A model generated the notes under the pieces. That model did no database searches. It saw nothing but the letters and a program-made list of their open reading frames with translations, and was not told the DNA's origin. A DNA stretch of 64,000 nt from NCBI GenBank assembly GCA_002441245.1, contig DJVP01000012.1:260255-324254 (forward strand), in the 5' to 3' direction. Below, piece by piece: positions 9,698 through 20,923 of this stretch. The position numbers and the translations under genes are program-made. Origin of the DNA: Candidatus Omnitrophica bacterium UBA6253. Lineage in GTDB: Bacteria > Omnitrophota > Gorgyraeia > Gygaellales > Profunditerraquicolaceae. Each line of letters opens with the position of its first letter. The stretch's first letter is position 1.

Positions 9698-10045
9698 TTA
9701 AATCAATACCTCAAAGATATAATCATTTACTAACATTTTAGAAATCACATGTTTTTCAAGTATTTTAGTGGCTATATCCTTATTCACTGAACCGTAGATT
9801 ACCGAAGGCAGGCCCTCTACATTTACCTCAACCAAAGGCTCAGCATAGCACATACCCGCGCAACCGCATTTTTTAATTTCAATTTGAAGGTTGCGCTTCT
9901 TTACCTCTTCGACAAAAAAATTAAAAACTTCATCTGCGCCGGCAGCAATACCGCAACTGCTTAAGCCAACCTTAATCCAATCTTTAGGCTTATCAGAAGG
10001 GGCCTTACTCATTTTATCTAAATCAGCGGGAGAAAGTTTATTCAT
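9698..10045 (-). CDS. hndB: Small thioredoxin-like [2Fe-2S] ferredoxin subunit (HndB-like)
   Basis: 115 aa with SSCGIAAG...KCGCAGMC. This is the size and position of HndB in tetrameric Hnd hydrogenases. Confidence 0.7.
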   Translation of the reverse strand: MNKLSPADLDKMSKAPSDKPKDWIKVGLSSCGIAAGADEVFNFFVEEVKKRNLQIEIKKCGCAGMCYAEPLVEVNVEGLPSVIYGSVNKDIATKILEKHVISKMLVNDYIFEVLI

Positions 10046-10051
10046 AATATA

Positions 10052-10525
10052 TTATTCCTCTTTAATATATTTTGACAAGATATCCGCTACCTCATTTTTC
10101 TTTACCTTGCCATAAACCTTATTATCAATCATTACTACCGGAGCCAAACCGCAACAACCAAGGCACCTGACGACATCCAGGTAAAAAAGACCGTCTTTAG
10201 TAGTCTGCCCCTCTTTGATACCTAATATATTTTTTATTTCATCCAGGATTACCGCCGCCCCCCGTAAATAACAAGCTGTCCCCATACATAGGGCAATACG
10301 ATGTTTTCCGGGAGGGATCAATTTAAAGAAATTATAAAAAGTGATCACTTCATAGATCCTGGCCAGCGGGACATCCAGCATTTTGGATAATTCCAATGAT
10401 AGCTCCCTCGGGACATAACCATGATGGTTCTGGATCTCATGCAGAATCATGATTAAGTTGCCTTCTTTACCCTTCCATTGCTGGACAAGGCTGACTAATT
10501 CTGGATTAAGTTTTTTATGTTCCAT
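10052..10525 (-). CDS. hndA: NuoE-like 24-kDa [2Fe-2S] subunit (HndA/HydC)
   Basis: 157 aa. NuoE signature CMGTACYLRG...CLGCCGLAPV. Confidence 0.88.
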   Translation of the reverse strand: MEHKKLNPELVSLVQQWKGKEGNLIMILHEIQNHHGYVPRELSLELSKMLDVPLARIYEVITFYNFFKLIPPGKHRIALCMGTACYLRGAAVILDEIKNILGIKEGQTTKDGLFYLDVVRCLGCCGLAPVVMIDNKVYGKVKKNEVADILSKYIKEE

Positions 10526-10669
10526 GTTTGAAATTTCTAAGAATATTATCTTGCCGGTTTGATCCTTAAGTTCTTAACTTGGCTTACTGAAGATGGGCCA
10601 AAAACAAGAAGCTCGTAGATTAGCGTAAAAATTTTATCATATCTTTCCTAAAAGGCAAGGGAAATTTTA

Positions 10670-12448
10670 CTAAAGCACTCCTTCTCTTTTTTTGTAATAC
10701 GTGTGCAACAAATGGTGCGATTTCTCTCCTAAGGGCTGGCCCAAGAATTCCTTGTATAAAGCCTGTACAGCAGGATTTTCATGTGATTTCCTCAGGGGCT
10801 TATTTTTATCCTCGCGATAAATTGCCTCCATCCTCTTTAGCCTGATCTCATTATTTGTAGGGATCGGCTGCCCTGCGCCTCCCAGGCATCCGCCGGGACA
10901 AGTCATAATCTCAATAAATGCATAAGGCGAACGGCCTTCTTCAATCTCTTCTAATAATACGCGCGCATTGCTTAAGCTATTTGCCACAGCCACCTTTAGA
11001 TTCAACCCGTCAATATCTATGTCGGCAACTTTAATGCCGTTAAGACCCCTTAGATTCATAAAATCAAGCTTTTCCAATTGCCTGCCAGTAAGCACCTCAT
11101 AGGCTGTCCTTACCGCAGCTTCCATTACTCCGCCGGTTGCCCCGAATATTACCGCGGCCCCTGTAGAAATACCCAAAGGCTCATCAAAATCTTCACCCGG
11201 GAGATTTATAAAATTTATCCCCGCCTCTTTAATCAAACGGCTGGCTTCCCGGGTAGTCAAGACATAATCCACATCCCTAAAAGCCTCGTCTTCCTTAAGG
11301 GCCATTTTATTCTTCCAATAATCGAATGCGCTTTGCATTTCTGGCCGGGATGCCTCAAATTTCTTGGCAGTACAAGGCATAATTGAAACAACTATTATAT
11401 TCCTGGGGTCAATATTATATTTCTCGGCATAATAAGTCTTGGCGACTGCACCAAACATTTGCTGAGGAGATTTACAGCTGGAAATATTCCCTAATATCCC
11501 GGGGAAGAAATGCTCGGCAAATTTTATCCACCCCGGAGAACAGGAGGTTATCATGGGAAGTATGCCCTTGTTCTTAATCCGTTGGATCAACTCATAACCT
11601 TCTTCCATAATCGTCAGGTCTGCTGAAAACTGAGTATCAAAGACTTTCGCAAAGCCTAATTTGCGTAACCCCTGGGCCAGTTTAGCTGTAACCAGGCTAC
11701 CTGCAGGCATACCAAACTCTTCGCCAATTGCCGCCCTTACCGCCGGAGCAACCTCAACAACAACAAATTTTTTGGGGTCAGATAAAGCATGCCAAACTTC
11801 CTCTATGGCATTTTTTTCAATGATTGCGCCAGTAGGGCACACTAAAAGACATTGACCGCAGTTAACGCATACGCTGTTTGCCAGGCCGGAATCAAAAAAT
11901 GTAGTTACCTTGCTGGACTTGCCGCGTCCGGAAAAATCAATCGCTTTTACACTCTGAATAGCCGAACACACAGAAACGCAACGGCCACACAAAATACATT
12001 TATTAGGATCACGGGATAAAGATACTGATGTAGCATCCAGGGGTAACTCTGTTTTCGTTGTCTTGGGAAACCTCACCTCTCTTATCCCCATATCAAAAGC
12101 TAGCTTTCTTAATTCACACGACTGGTTTCTGTCGCAGACAAGGCAGTCTTTGGGATGGCCTGCTAAAAGCAGCTCCAGATTCAACCTTCTGGCATTTCTT
12201 ACGCGCTCGGTATTCGTAAAAATCTCCATACCTTCTTTGATGGAAGTAACACATGAACGCAACAAGGTTTTAGCTCCCTTAACCTCAACTAAACAAATTG
12301 AACAGGCAGCTTCCTGATTGATATCTTTTAGATAACAAAGCGTAGGGATATCAATGGCAGCTTTTGCGCAAGCCTCCAAGATAGTCATGCCGGCATCGCA
12401 TTCATAAACCTTGCCGTCAATCTTTAAAGAAACCTTCTTATCTTCCAT
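10670..12448 (-). CDS. Second HydA-type [FeFe] hydrogenase large subunit with an atypical L1 motif
   Basis: 592 aa with the same M3 domain order as hydA. L2 MPCTAKKFE and L3 EIMTCPGGCLGGAGQP are intact. L1 reads TSCSPGW. The second Cys of the canonical TSCCPxW is Ser304, codon TCT at about 11537-11539. Confidence 0.85.
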   Translation of the reverse strand: MEDKKVSLKIDGKVYECDAGMTILEACAKAAIDIPTLCYLKDINQEAACSICLVEVKGAKTLLRSCVTSIKEGMEIFTNTERVRNARRLNLELLLAGHPKDCLVCDRNQSCELRKLAFDMGIREVRFPKTTKTELPLDATSVSLSRDPNKCILCGRCVSVCSAIQSVKAIDFSGRGKSSKVTTFFDSGLANSVCVNCGQCLLVCPTGAIIEKNAIEEVWHALSDPKKFVVVEVAPAVRAAIGEEFGMPAGSLVTAKLAQGLRKLGFAKVFDTQFSADLTIMEEGYELIQRIKNKGILPMITSCSPGWIKFAEHFFPGILGNISSCKSPQQMFGAVAKTYYAEKYNIDPRNIIVVSIMPCTAKKFEASRPEMQSAFDYWKNKMALKEDEAFRDVDYVLTTREASRLIKEAGINFINLPGEDFDEPLGISTGAAVIFGATGGVMEAAVRTAYEVLTGRQLEKLDFMNLRGLNGIKVADIDIDGLNLKVAVANSLSNARVLLEEIEEGRSPYAFIEIMTCPGGCLGGAGQPIPTNNEIRLKRMEAIYREDKNKPLRKSHENPAVQALYKEFLGQPLGEKSHHLLHTYYKKREGVL

Positions 12449-15400
12449 TTATTTTCCCTCTTTGATATCGCACCTTAAACATCTATTTACTTCAACAATG
12501 GCCTGTTTTAATGACAATCCCAAAGAAACTTCCCTAAAGTTATTCCGCCGCTTATTTATCCCCAGCTTCCCGCCGTCTAATCTCTTAGACACTTTTGGTT
12601 CTAAGGGGATTTCAGATTTATAAGTAAACTTACGGAATAACTTGGCAAACCTGTCTTCCGAACTTAACGCCAGATCAATAATCCTGGCAGCTTTCTTACC
12701 GTCAGACATTGCCTCTACTGCCGTTGCCGGGCCCATGACTAAATCCCCCCCGGCATAAACCTTATCCAAACTGGTCTTTAAATCAAACCTGCCTGCCTTA
12801 ACTGTCCCATTCTGGTTAACCAAAATACCGCAACCCTTAATAAACTCTGCGTCTACTTTTTCTCCAATTGCCAGAATTACAGTATCGCAAGGAATTTCAA
12901 AAAACTCATCAGTAGCTACAGGCCTTCTCCTTCCGGAAAGATCATAATCTCCCAATATCATCCTGGTTGCAATCAAACCCTTTAATCTGCCGCGGGGATT
13001 ACCCTGTATAGCTTTGGGACTGGCTAAAAATATAAACTTGACACCTTCAGATTCAGCCCCTTTAATTTCATCTTTATTCGCAGGCATATCCGTTTTTTCT
13101 CTCCTGTAGACAATGGTCACTTCACTGCCAAACCTTAAGGCCGTACGCGCGGCATCCACCGCAACATTTCCGGCGCCAATTACCAAAACTTTTTTGCCGA
13201 TAAGCGGCTCTTTGCCGACCGCCACGTCCTTTAAGAATTCAGTACCCGATAACACGCCTTTTAAACCTTCTCCCGGAATACCTAAACCCATATTTTTATA
13301 AGCCCCCGTTGCCAAAAATACGGCATCCGCCCCTTTAATCTTTTTGTTTAAATTATCTGCGTTAATTTTCTTATTGCATAAAATTTTTGCCCCCATCTCC
13401 TGTATAAAAGCAATTTCTTTCTTTAGCACTGCCTTAGGCAGGCGGTATTCGGGAATACCATAACGCAAAACCCCACCGGCTTCAGGATTAGCTTCATATA
13501 TGATAACATCGTGACCAAGCCGGCTAAGGTAAAAAGCCGCAGTTAACCCGCAAGGACCTGCGCCGACAATACAGATCTTCTTGCCTGTCTTCGGCAACCG
13601 TTCTTTTGCTAAACGCTCAATTATCCTTGCCTCCCTACCGGTTTTATATACCTGGTCTGCAATATACCTATGAATTTCACCCTGAGAAACCGGATAATCA
13701 ATATCTTCCCTGCGGCAGCGCATCTTACAATGGAAATGACAGATCCTGCCGCTGGAAGAAGGAAAAGGATTGTCCCGAATAACACACTCAAACGCTTCAA
13801 TAATTTTCCCTTCCTTAAATAACTCCAGAAACCCCGGGATATTCATGTGCAATGGGCAGCTATTCTCACAGGGGGAAACAAAAAGATCCGAACATACTCC
13901 GCCGTCACAACGCTGCTCTTTAATATGCTCCTCGTATTCACCTCTAAAATATTTAAGTGTAGTAAGTACGGGATTTGGCCCGGTTTGCCCTAATCCGCAA
14001 AGGGCGGTGTCTTTAATCACTGCCCCTAAATCCTGCAAACCCTGAATATCATCCTGGATGGCTTTTCCCTTTGTAATATTAGTCAGGATATTCAAACTCT
14101 GGGTCAGCCCTTCCCGGCAGGGGGTACACTTACCGCAAGACTCACTGGTTGTAAATTCCGTAAAATAACGCGCCACATCAACCATGCAATTATCATCATC
14201 CATTACCACCATTCCGCCTGAGCCCATGATCGCCCCTAAGGAAGCCAAGGTCTCATAATCAATCGGAGTATTAAATAGCGATGCGGGGATACATCCTCCT
14301 GAGGGACCGCCGCTCTGCACAGCCTTGATCTTTTTATTTGTACCGGTACCTGCGCCAATATTATATATAAGGGTCTGCAAAGTTGACCCTAGGGGCAATT
14401 CTACCAAACCTGTATTTTTTATCTTGCCTACAAGAGAAAAAACTTTAGTCCCGGAACTATTTTGAGTACCAGTCTGCGTAAACCAATCCGCCCCTTTTGC
14501 AATAACAACCGGGATATTGCTCCAGGTTTCAACGTTATTAATATTAGTGGGTTTGCCCAAATATCCTTTTTGCGCAGGAAACGGCGGGCGGGGATGCGGT
14601 CTTCCTGATTTACCCTCAAGCGAAGAGATCAGTGCCGTCTCCTCTCCGCAGACAAATGCACCGGCACCTTCCACTAACTGCAGGTTAAAAGAAAAACCAC
14701 TATTAAATATATTGTCGCCAAGTAAACCAAAACTACGGGCATCGGCAATTGCTTTTCTTATCCGCTCTACCGCCAAAGGATATTCTGCGCGCACATAAAT
14801 AACTCCCCTAGAAGCCCCCATAGCATAGGCACCGATAATCATCCCCTCTAAAAGCATGTGCGGATCGCTCTCACTTTCATTACGATTCATATATGCTCCG
14901 GGATCGCCTTCATCAGCGTTACAGATTATATATTTCTCCTCTTGGCCCTCCTTACGCATTAATTCCCATTTTAATCCGGTAGGAAAACCTGCCCCTCCCC
15001 TACCCCTTAACTTTGATTTTTTTACCTCTGCAATTACGGCTTCAGGCTTAAGGTCTCTTAAAACAGTCAGTAAAGCCCGGTATCCGCCTACAGCGATATA
15101 CTCTTCTATATCCTCCGGGTTAATCAAACCGCAATCCCTTAAAACAATCTTTTTTTGCCACTTAAAAAATGGGGTTTTATTCCAATCAGGTATCTGCTCA
15201 AACCCTTTGCCGTAAGAGATTTGGCCGGTGAGATGGTCCCATGTCTCAATTTTACATAAAGCCCTTCTGGGATTAATATTGTTACGGGCAAGCCCCCTAA
15301 CTATAGAATCTGCTTCTTTGGGCAAAACACGATTTAGAATAACCAAAGGCTTACCTGGCAAAGAAATATTGACTAAGGGCTCCTGAGAGCAAAAACCAAA

Positions 15401-15616
15401 ACAACCTACCTTGGTCAATAGTGCCGGCATCTTTCTTTTGGCAAGTGCAACCTTAAAAGCAGAAAATAGCTCTTGTGCGCCGTTACCAATACCACAAGTC
15501 CCCATACCCACTGCGATACGCAAGTTTTTAGGTAATAATTTCGCCATCCCTTTTTCTTTAACCAGCTTTAAATCTTCGGCGTTTTTAATGATCATTTCTT
15601 GTTTCTCCGCAAGCAA
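12449..15616 (-). CDS. Fusion protein. The N-terminal part is a NuoF-like flavoprotein (HydB: 2Fe-2S, FMN/NADH site, N3 cluster). The C-terminal part is a complete GltD/NfnB-like module (2x[4Fe-4S] plus FAD plus NAD(P)H).
   Basis: 1055 aa. Residues up to about 560 carry GRGGAGFPTGLKW and ESCGKCTPCREG. No C-terminal ferredoxin domains follow. Instead a GltD-type N-terminal Fe-S domain appears (CENSCPLHMNIPGF...GRICHFHCKMRC), followed by two Rossmann motifs: ICIVGAGPCGLTAAFYL...GGVLRYGIPEYRLP and VLVIGAGNVAVDAARTALRFG. Confidence 0.85.
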   Translation of the reverse strand: MLAEKQEMIIKNAEDLKLVKEKGMAKLLPKNLRIAVGMGTCGIGNGAQELFSAFKVALAKRKMPALLTKVGCFGFCSQEPLVNISLPGKPLVILNRVLPKEADSIVRGLARNNINPRRALCKIETWDHLTGQISYGKGFEQIPDWNKTPFFKWQKKIVLRDCGLINPEDIEEYIAVGGYRALLTVLRDLKPEAVIAEVKKSKLRGRGGAGFPTGLKWELMRKEGQEEKYIICNADEGDPGAYMNRNESESDPHMLLEGMIIGAYAMGASRGVIYVRAEYPLAVERIRKAIADARSFGLLGDNIFNSGFSFNLQLVEGAGAFVCGEETALISSLEGKSGRPHPRPPFPAQKGYLGKPTNINNVETWSNIPVVIAKGADWFTQTGTQNSSGTKVFSLVGKIKNTGLVELPLGSTLQTLIYNIGAGTGTNKKIKAVQSGGPSGGCIPASLFNTPIDYETLASLGAIMGSGGMVVMDDDNCMVDVARYFTEFTTSESCGKCTPCREGLTQSLNILTNITKGKAIQDDIQGLQDLGAVIKDTALCGLGQTGPNPVLTTLKYFRGEYEEHIKEQRCDGGVCSDLFVSPCENSCPLHMNIPGFLELFKEGKIIEAFECVIRDNPFPSSSGRICHFHCKMRCRREDIDYPVSQGEIHRYIADQVYKTGREARIIERLAKERLPKTGKKICIVGAGPCGLTAAFYLSRLGHDVIIYEANPEAGGVLRYGIPEYRLPKAVLKKEIAFIQEMGAKILCNKKINADNLNKKIKGADAVFLATGAYKNMGLGIPGEGLKGVLSGTEFLKDVAVGKEPLIGKKVLVIGAGNVAVDAARTALRFGSEVTIVYRREKTDMPANKDEIKGAESEGVKFIFLASPKAIQGNPRGRLKGLIATRMILGDYDLSGRRRPVATDEFFEIPCDTVILAIGEKVDAEFIKGCGILVNQNGTVKAGRFDLKTSLDKVYAGGDLVMGPATAVEAMSDGKKAARIIDLALSSEDRFAKLFRKFTYKSEIPLEPKVSKRLDGGKLGINKRRNNFREVSLGLSLKQAIVEVNRCLRCDIKEGK

Positions 15617-16140
15617 ATACCTTTTATAATTTTTCGTAATTTCTCCGAGTTCATCCGGCTGTAAATATTGCCGTCTATCTCAACTACCGGTGCCAGCGCG
15701 CACTGACCAAAACAGGCAACGGTTTTAATCGTAAATTTATTATCCTTGGTAGTTAGAAATGACTTACCGTCTTGGCTGAAATCATCCTCTTTAAAACCGA
15801 ATAGATTAATTAAGAAATCCAAAAGGTTTCTTGACCCCCGGGTATGGCATGCCGTACCCCGGCAGACAATAATTGAATGTTCCCCCTGCGGCGTAAGATT
15901 AAAAAAAGCGTAGAAGGTAATAATATTATAAATCCTGGACAAGGGTACCTTGGTTTTGGCGGCAATATATTCTAAATCATCCTGGGCAAGATATTTATGC
16001 TGATTTAGCTTCTGGGCATCTTCTAATATTCCCAAAAGCCTTCCCGGCTTACCAGCATATCCAGAGATAACTCTATCTAATTCTGCCCTATCTAAACTAG
16101 CCTTTGAAATTTTATTTCCTTTTAACGCAACCCTGTTCAT
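15592..16140 (-). CDS. NuoE-like [2Fe-2S] subunit (HydC) of the second hydrogenase
   Basis: 182 aa with CRGTACHTRG...CFGQCALAPV. It overlaps the start of the fusion gene by 25 nt. Confidence 0.85.
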   Translation of the reverse strand: MNRVALKGNKISKASLDRAELDRVISGYAGKPGRLLGILEDAQKLNQHKYLAQDDLEYIAAKTKVPLSRIYNIITFYAFFNLTPQGEHSIIVCRGTACHTRGSRNLLDFLINLFGFKEDDFSQDGKSFLTTKDNKFTIKTVACFGQCALAPVVEIDGNIYSRMNSEKLRKIIKGICLRRNKK

Positions 16141-16158
16141 CTCTTCCTTTAATATATA

Positions 16159-16785
16159 TTATTTGGTCTTTTCTGTTACATTAACAAAATAAATAAGGTT
16201 CTCTAATTCAATCTCCAGGTTAACATTATTAATGATGCAGCCTTCGGCGGCCTTAAGCCCTAACGGCGCAAAATTAAGTATCCCCTTTATTCCCGAAACA
16301 CAAATTAAATCAGCGGCCTGTTGGGCAGCGATATCCGGCACAGCTAAAATAGCTATGCGTATGCCATTAGATTTTACAAAAGCCTTGACTTCCTCTAAGG
16401 GTAGAACCGGAACAGGGCTAGAGCGGTTAATCTTAGCCGGATCAATATCAAAACCGGCAACGATTTTTATGCCTTCCTTTTCAAATCCCCGATACCGCAT
16501 AAGCGCGCTGCCAATATGTCCGGCACCGACAACAATAACCTTTTGCAACTGGTCCTTGCCGAGGATGCTATTTAATTTTTCAAGCAGTGAATCAATCTGG
16601 TACCCCCCTTTTTTATTACCGGAGATACCAAAGATTGAGAAATCTTTTCTTACCTGAGAGGCAGTTCCTCCTACGGCATCTGCCAGGTTATCTGAGAAAA
16701 CTTTCACAAAACCCAAGGTTTGTAATCTGTAAAGAGCGTTTTTATATCGGGAAAGCCGAATGATGCAGTTCTTATTAGTAATCAT
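16159..16785 (-). CDS. rex: Redox-sensing transcriptional repressor Rex
   Basis: 208 aa. N-terminal winged HTH (IIRLSRYKNALYRL) and Rossmann NADH domain VIVVGAGHIGSAL. It ends 18 nt upstream of the hydC-like gene. Confidence 0.88.
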   Translation of the reverse strand: MITNKNCIIRLSRYKNALYRLQTLGFVKVFSDNLADAVGGTASQVRKDFSIFGISGNKKGGYQIDSLLEKLNSILGKDQLQKVIVVGAGHIGSALMRYRGFEKEGIKIVAGFDIDPAKINRSSPVPVLPLEEVKAFVKSNGIRIAILAVPDIAAQQAADLICVSGIKGILNFAPLGLKAAEGCIINNVNLEIELENLIYFVNVTEKTK

Positions 16786-16786
16786 T

Positions 16787-16842
16787 TTGTTCTATTTTTC
16801 ACAATAACAAGATCAATATAACATCTTCAGTTTATTTGTCAA
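16787..16842 (-). promoter_or_regulatory. Sigma70-type promoter with a Rex-box-like operator, in front of rex and hydrogenase operon 2
   Basis: On the minus strand: TTGACA (plus 16837-16842), a 16-nt spacer, TATATT (plus 16815-16820), then TTGTGAAAAATAGAACAA (plus 16787-16804). The operator compares to the Rex consensus TTGTGAA-N4-TTCACAA. One half-site is perfect and the other matches 4 of 7. It ends 1 nt before the rex ATG, and no Shine-Dalgarno sequence is visible. Confidence 0.4.
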
Positions 16843-16862
16843 GAATATTCTAAGATTATTTT

Positions 16863-17111
16863 TTACAAAAGGAGGGTTACCTGATTTTTAAGGATTTCGA
16901 GAAATCCGTTAGGGTATGAGTCTATAACGCTGGTTTTACCTCCGGGCAGACGCAAGGTAATTTTACCGGAAGAGAGCTTGGCCACTAGAGGTGCATGTCC
17001 GGCTAGAACACCCAAATAACCTGATTCTGAAGGCACAACCAGAGAAAGCGCCTGGCCTTCATAAATAATCTTGTCGCTGGAATAGATACTAACATGAAAA
17101 GATTTGTCCAT
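16863..17111 (-). CDS. atpC: F1 ATP synthase epsilon subunit. Short form containing only the N-terminal beta-sandwich domain.
   Basis: 82 aa, MDKSFHVSIYSSDKIIYEGQALSLVVPSESGYLGVLAGHAPLV... It stops where the C-terminal helical hairpin would normally begin. It is the last gene of the atp operon. Confidence 0.8.
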   Translation of the reverse strand: MDKSFHVSIYSSDKIIYEGQALSLVVPSESGYLGVLAGHAPLVAKLSSGKITLRLPGGKTSVIDSYPNGFLEILKNQVTLLL

Positions 17112-17116
17112 CTTAC

Positions 17117-19376
<2,260 letters not shown>

Positions 19377-19383
19377 AATACTT

Positions 19384-20907
19384 TTAATGATTAGCTAGAA
19401 ATTCTTTTTTACAATCAATGATCAACTTATCCAGCTTATTCCTTAAATCTACATCTAAACCATTCTTCAACTCTATTTCTGACCGAAGCCCAGGATATTT
19501 TATCTCTATAAATTTATATAGATAGACTTCAAATTTCCTTACCGCACCTACAGGCAAATCATCCAGATAGCCATTGGTGCCAGCATAAATAATAATTACC
19601 TGCTTAGCTGTCTCAAGCGGCTCATATTGCACCTGTTTTAAAACCTCAACCATCCTCTCCCCGCGGGTTAGCTGTGCACGCGTTGTTTTATCTAAATCCG
19701 TTCCAAATTGAGTAAAGGTTACCAACTCACGGTATTGCGCAAGATCCAGTCTTAATTTTGAAGCAACCTGACGCATGGTTTTGCTTTGTGCCTTTCCCCC
19801 AACCCGGGAAACTGATAAACCAACATTTACCGCAGGCCTCACCCCGGCATAAAACAAATCACTTTCCAGATAAATCTGTCCGTCAGTAATGGAAATAACA
19901 TTAGTAGGGATATAGCTTGAAATATCGCCGGCCTGAGTTTCAACAATAGGAATAGCAGTTATTGAACCTGCGCCTAATTCATTATTCAATTTAGCAGATC
20001 TCTCAAGAAGCCTTGAATGCAAGTAAAAGATGTCTCCCGGGTATGCCTCTCTTCCCGGGGGCCGCCTAAGCAATAAAGACAACTGCCTATAGGCTTGAGC
20101 ATGTTTGGACAAATCATCATAAATTACTAAAACATGTTTCCCTGAATACATAAACTCTTCTGCCATGGCTGTCGCCGCGTAGGGGGCAAGATACTGCAAA
20201 CTTGCCGAAGCCCGGCTGGAAGCACTGACAATCGTAGTATAATCCATTGCCCCGTGTTTTTTAAGCATTTCATTTACCGCTACCACACTTGACAACTTCT
20301 GGCCGATAGCGCAATAAATGCAATAAACATCCTTTCCTTTTTGATTAATAATCGTATCAATAGTAATAGCGGTCTTGCCGGTTTGCCGGTCACCGATGAT
20401 CAACTCACGCTGACCCCGGCCAATAGGAGCCATGGCATCAATAGCCTTTATCCCGGTCTGCAATGGTTCTTTTACCGGCTGCCTCTGTACGACATTAGGA
20501 GCGCTGGATTCAAGCGGCCTGGATTTCTGCGTGTTAATTGGCCCCTTGCCATCAATTGGCCGGCCTAAAGTATTAACTACCCTACCGATAAGCGCCTCTC
20601 CTACGGGGACCTGGACGATCTTACCGGTACGCTTAACAATATCGCCTTCCCGGATATTCTTATCCGGATTATCCGTTCCAAAAATAACTACGCCAACGCT
20701 ATCTTCTTCCAGATTTAAAACCATACCCATTATATTATCGGAAAACTGCACCAACTCCCCCATCATCACATCATCTAATCCATAAACACGCGCGATGGTA
20801 TCCCCCACCTGAATAACCGTGCCTATAGACTCAGTGCGCAACCGAGTTTTATATTTTTCCAGTTCTTTTTTAATTATGGAAGTAACCTCTTCCGGTTTTA
20901 AAACCAT
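19384..20907 (-). CDS. atpA: F1 ATP synthase alpha subunit
   Basis: 507 aa with Walker A GDRQTGKT. Confidence 0.95.
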   Translation of the reverse strand: MVLKPEEVTSIIKKELEKYKTRLRTESIGTVIQVGDTIARVYGLDDVMMGELVQFSDNIMGMVLNLEEDSVGVVIFGTDNPDKNIREGDIVKRTGKIVQVPVGEALIGRVVNTLGRPIDGKGPINTQKSRPLESSAPNVVQRQPVKEPLQTGIKAIDAMAPIGRGQRELIIGDRQTGKTAITIDTIINQKGKDVYCIYCAIGQKLSSVVAVNEMLKKHGAMDYTTIVSASSRASASLQYLAPYAATAMAEEFMYSGKHVLVIYDDLSKHAQAYRQLSLLLRRPPGREAYPGDIFYLHSRLLERSAKLNNELGAGSITAIPIVETQAGDISSYIPTNVISITDGQIYLESDLFYAGVRPAVNVGLSVSRVGGKAQSKTMRQVASKLRLDLAQYRELVTFTQFGTDLDKTTRAQLTRGERMVEVLKQVQYEPLETAKQVIIIYAGTNGYLDDLPVGAVRKFEVYLYKFIEIKYPGLRSEIELKNGLDVDLRNKLDKLIIDCKKEFLANH

Positions 20908-20923
20908 TTTACACCTTCCTTAG

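Noticed and set aside
10526-10669. Rex box or terminator between the two hydrogenase operons
   Set aside because: There is no TTGTGAA/TTCACAA half-site and no stable GC hairpin with a U-tract. Only weak AT-rich inverted repeats are present.
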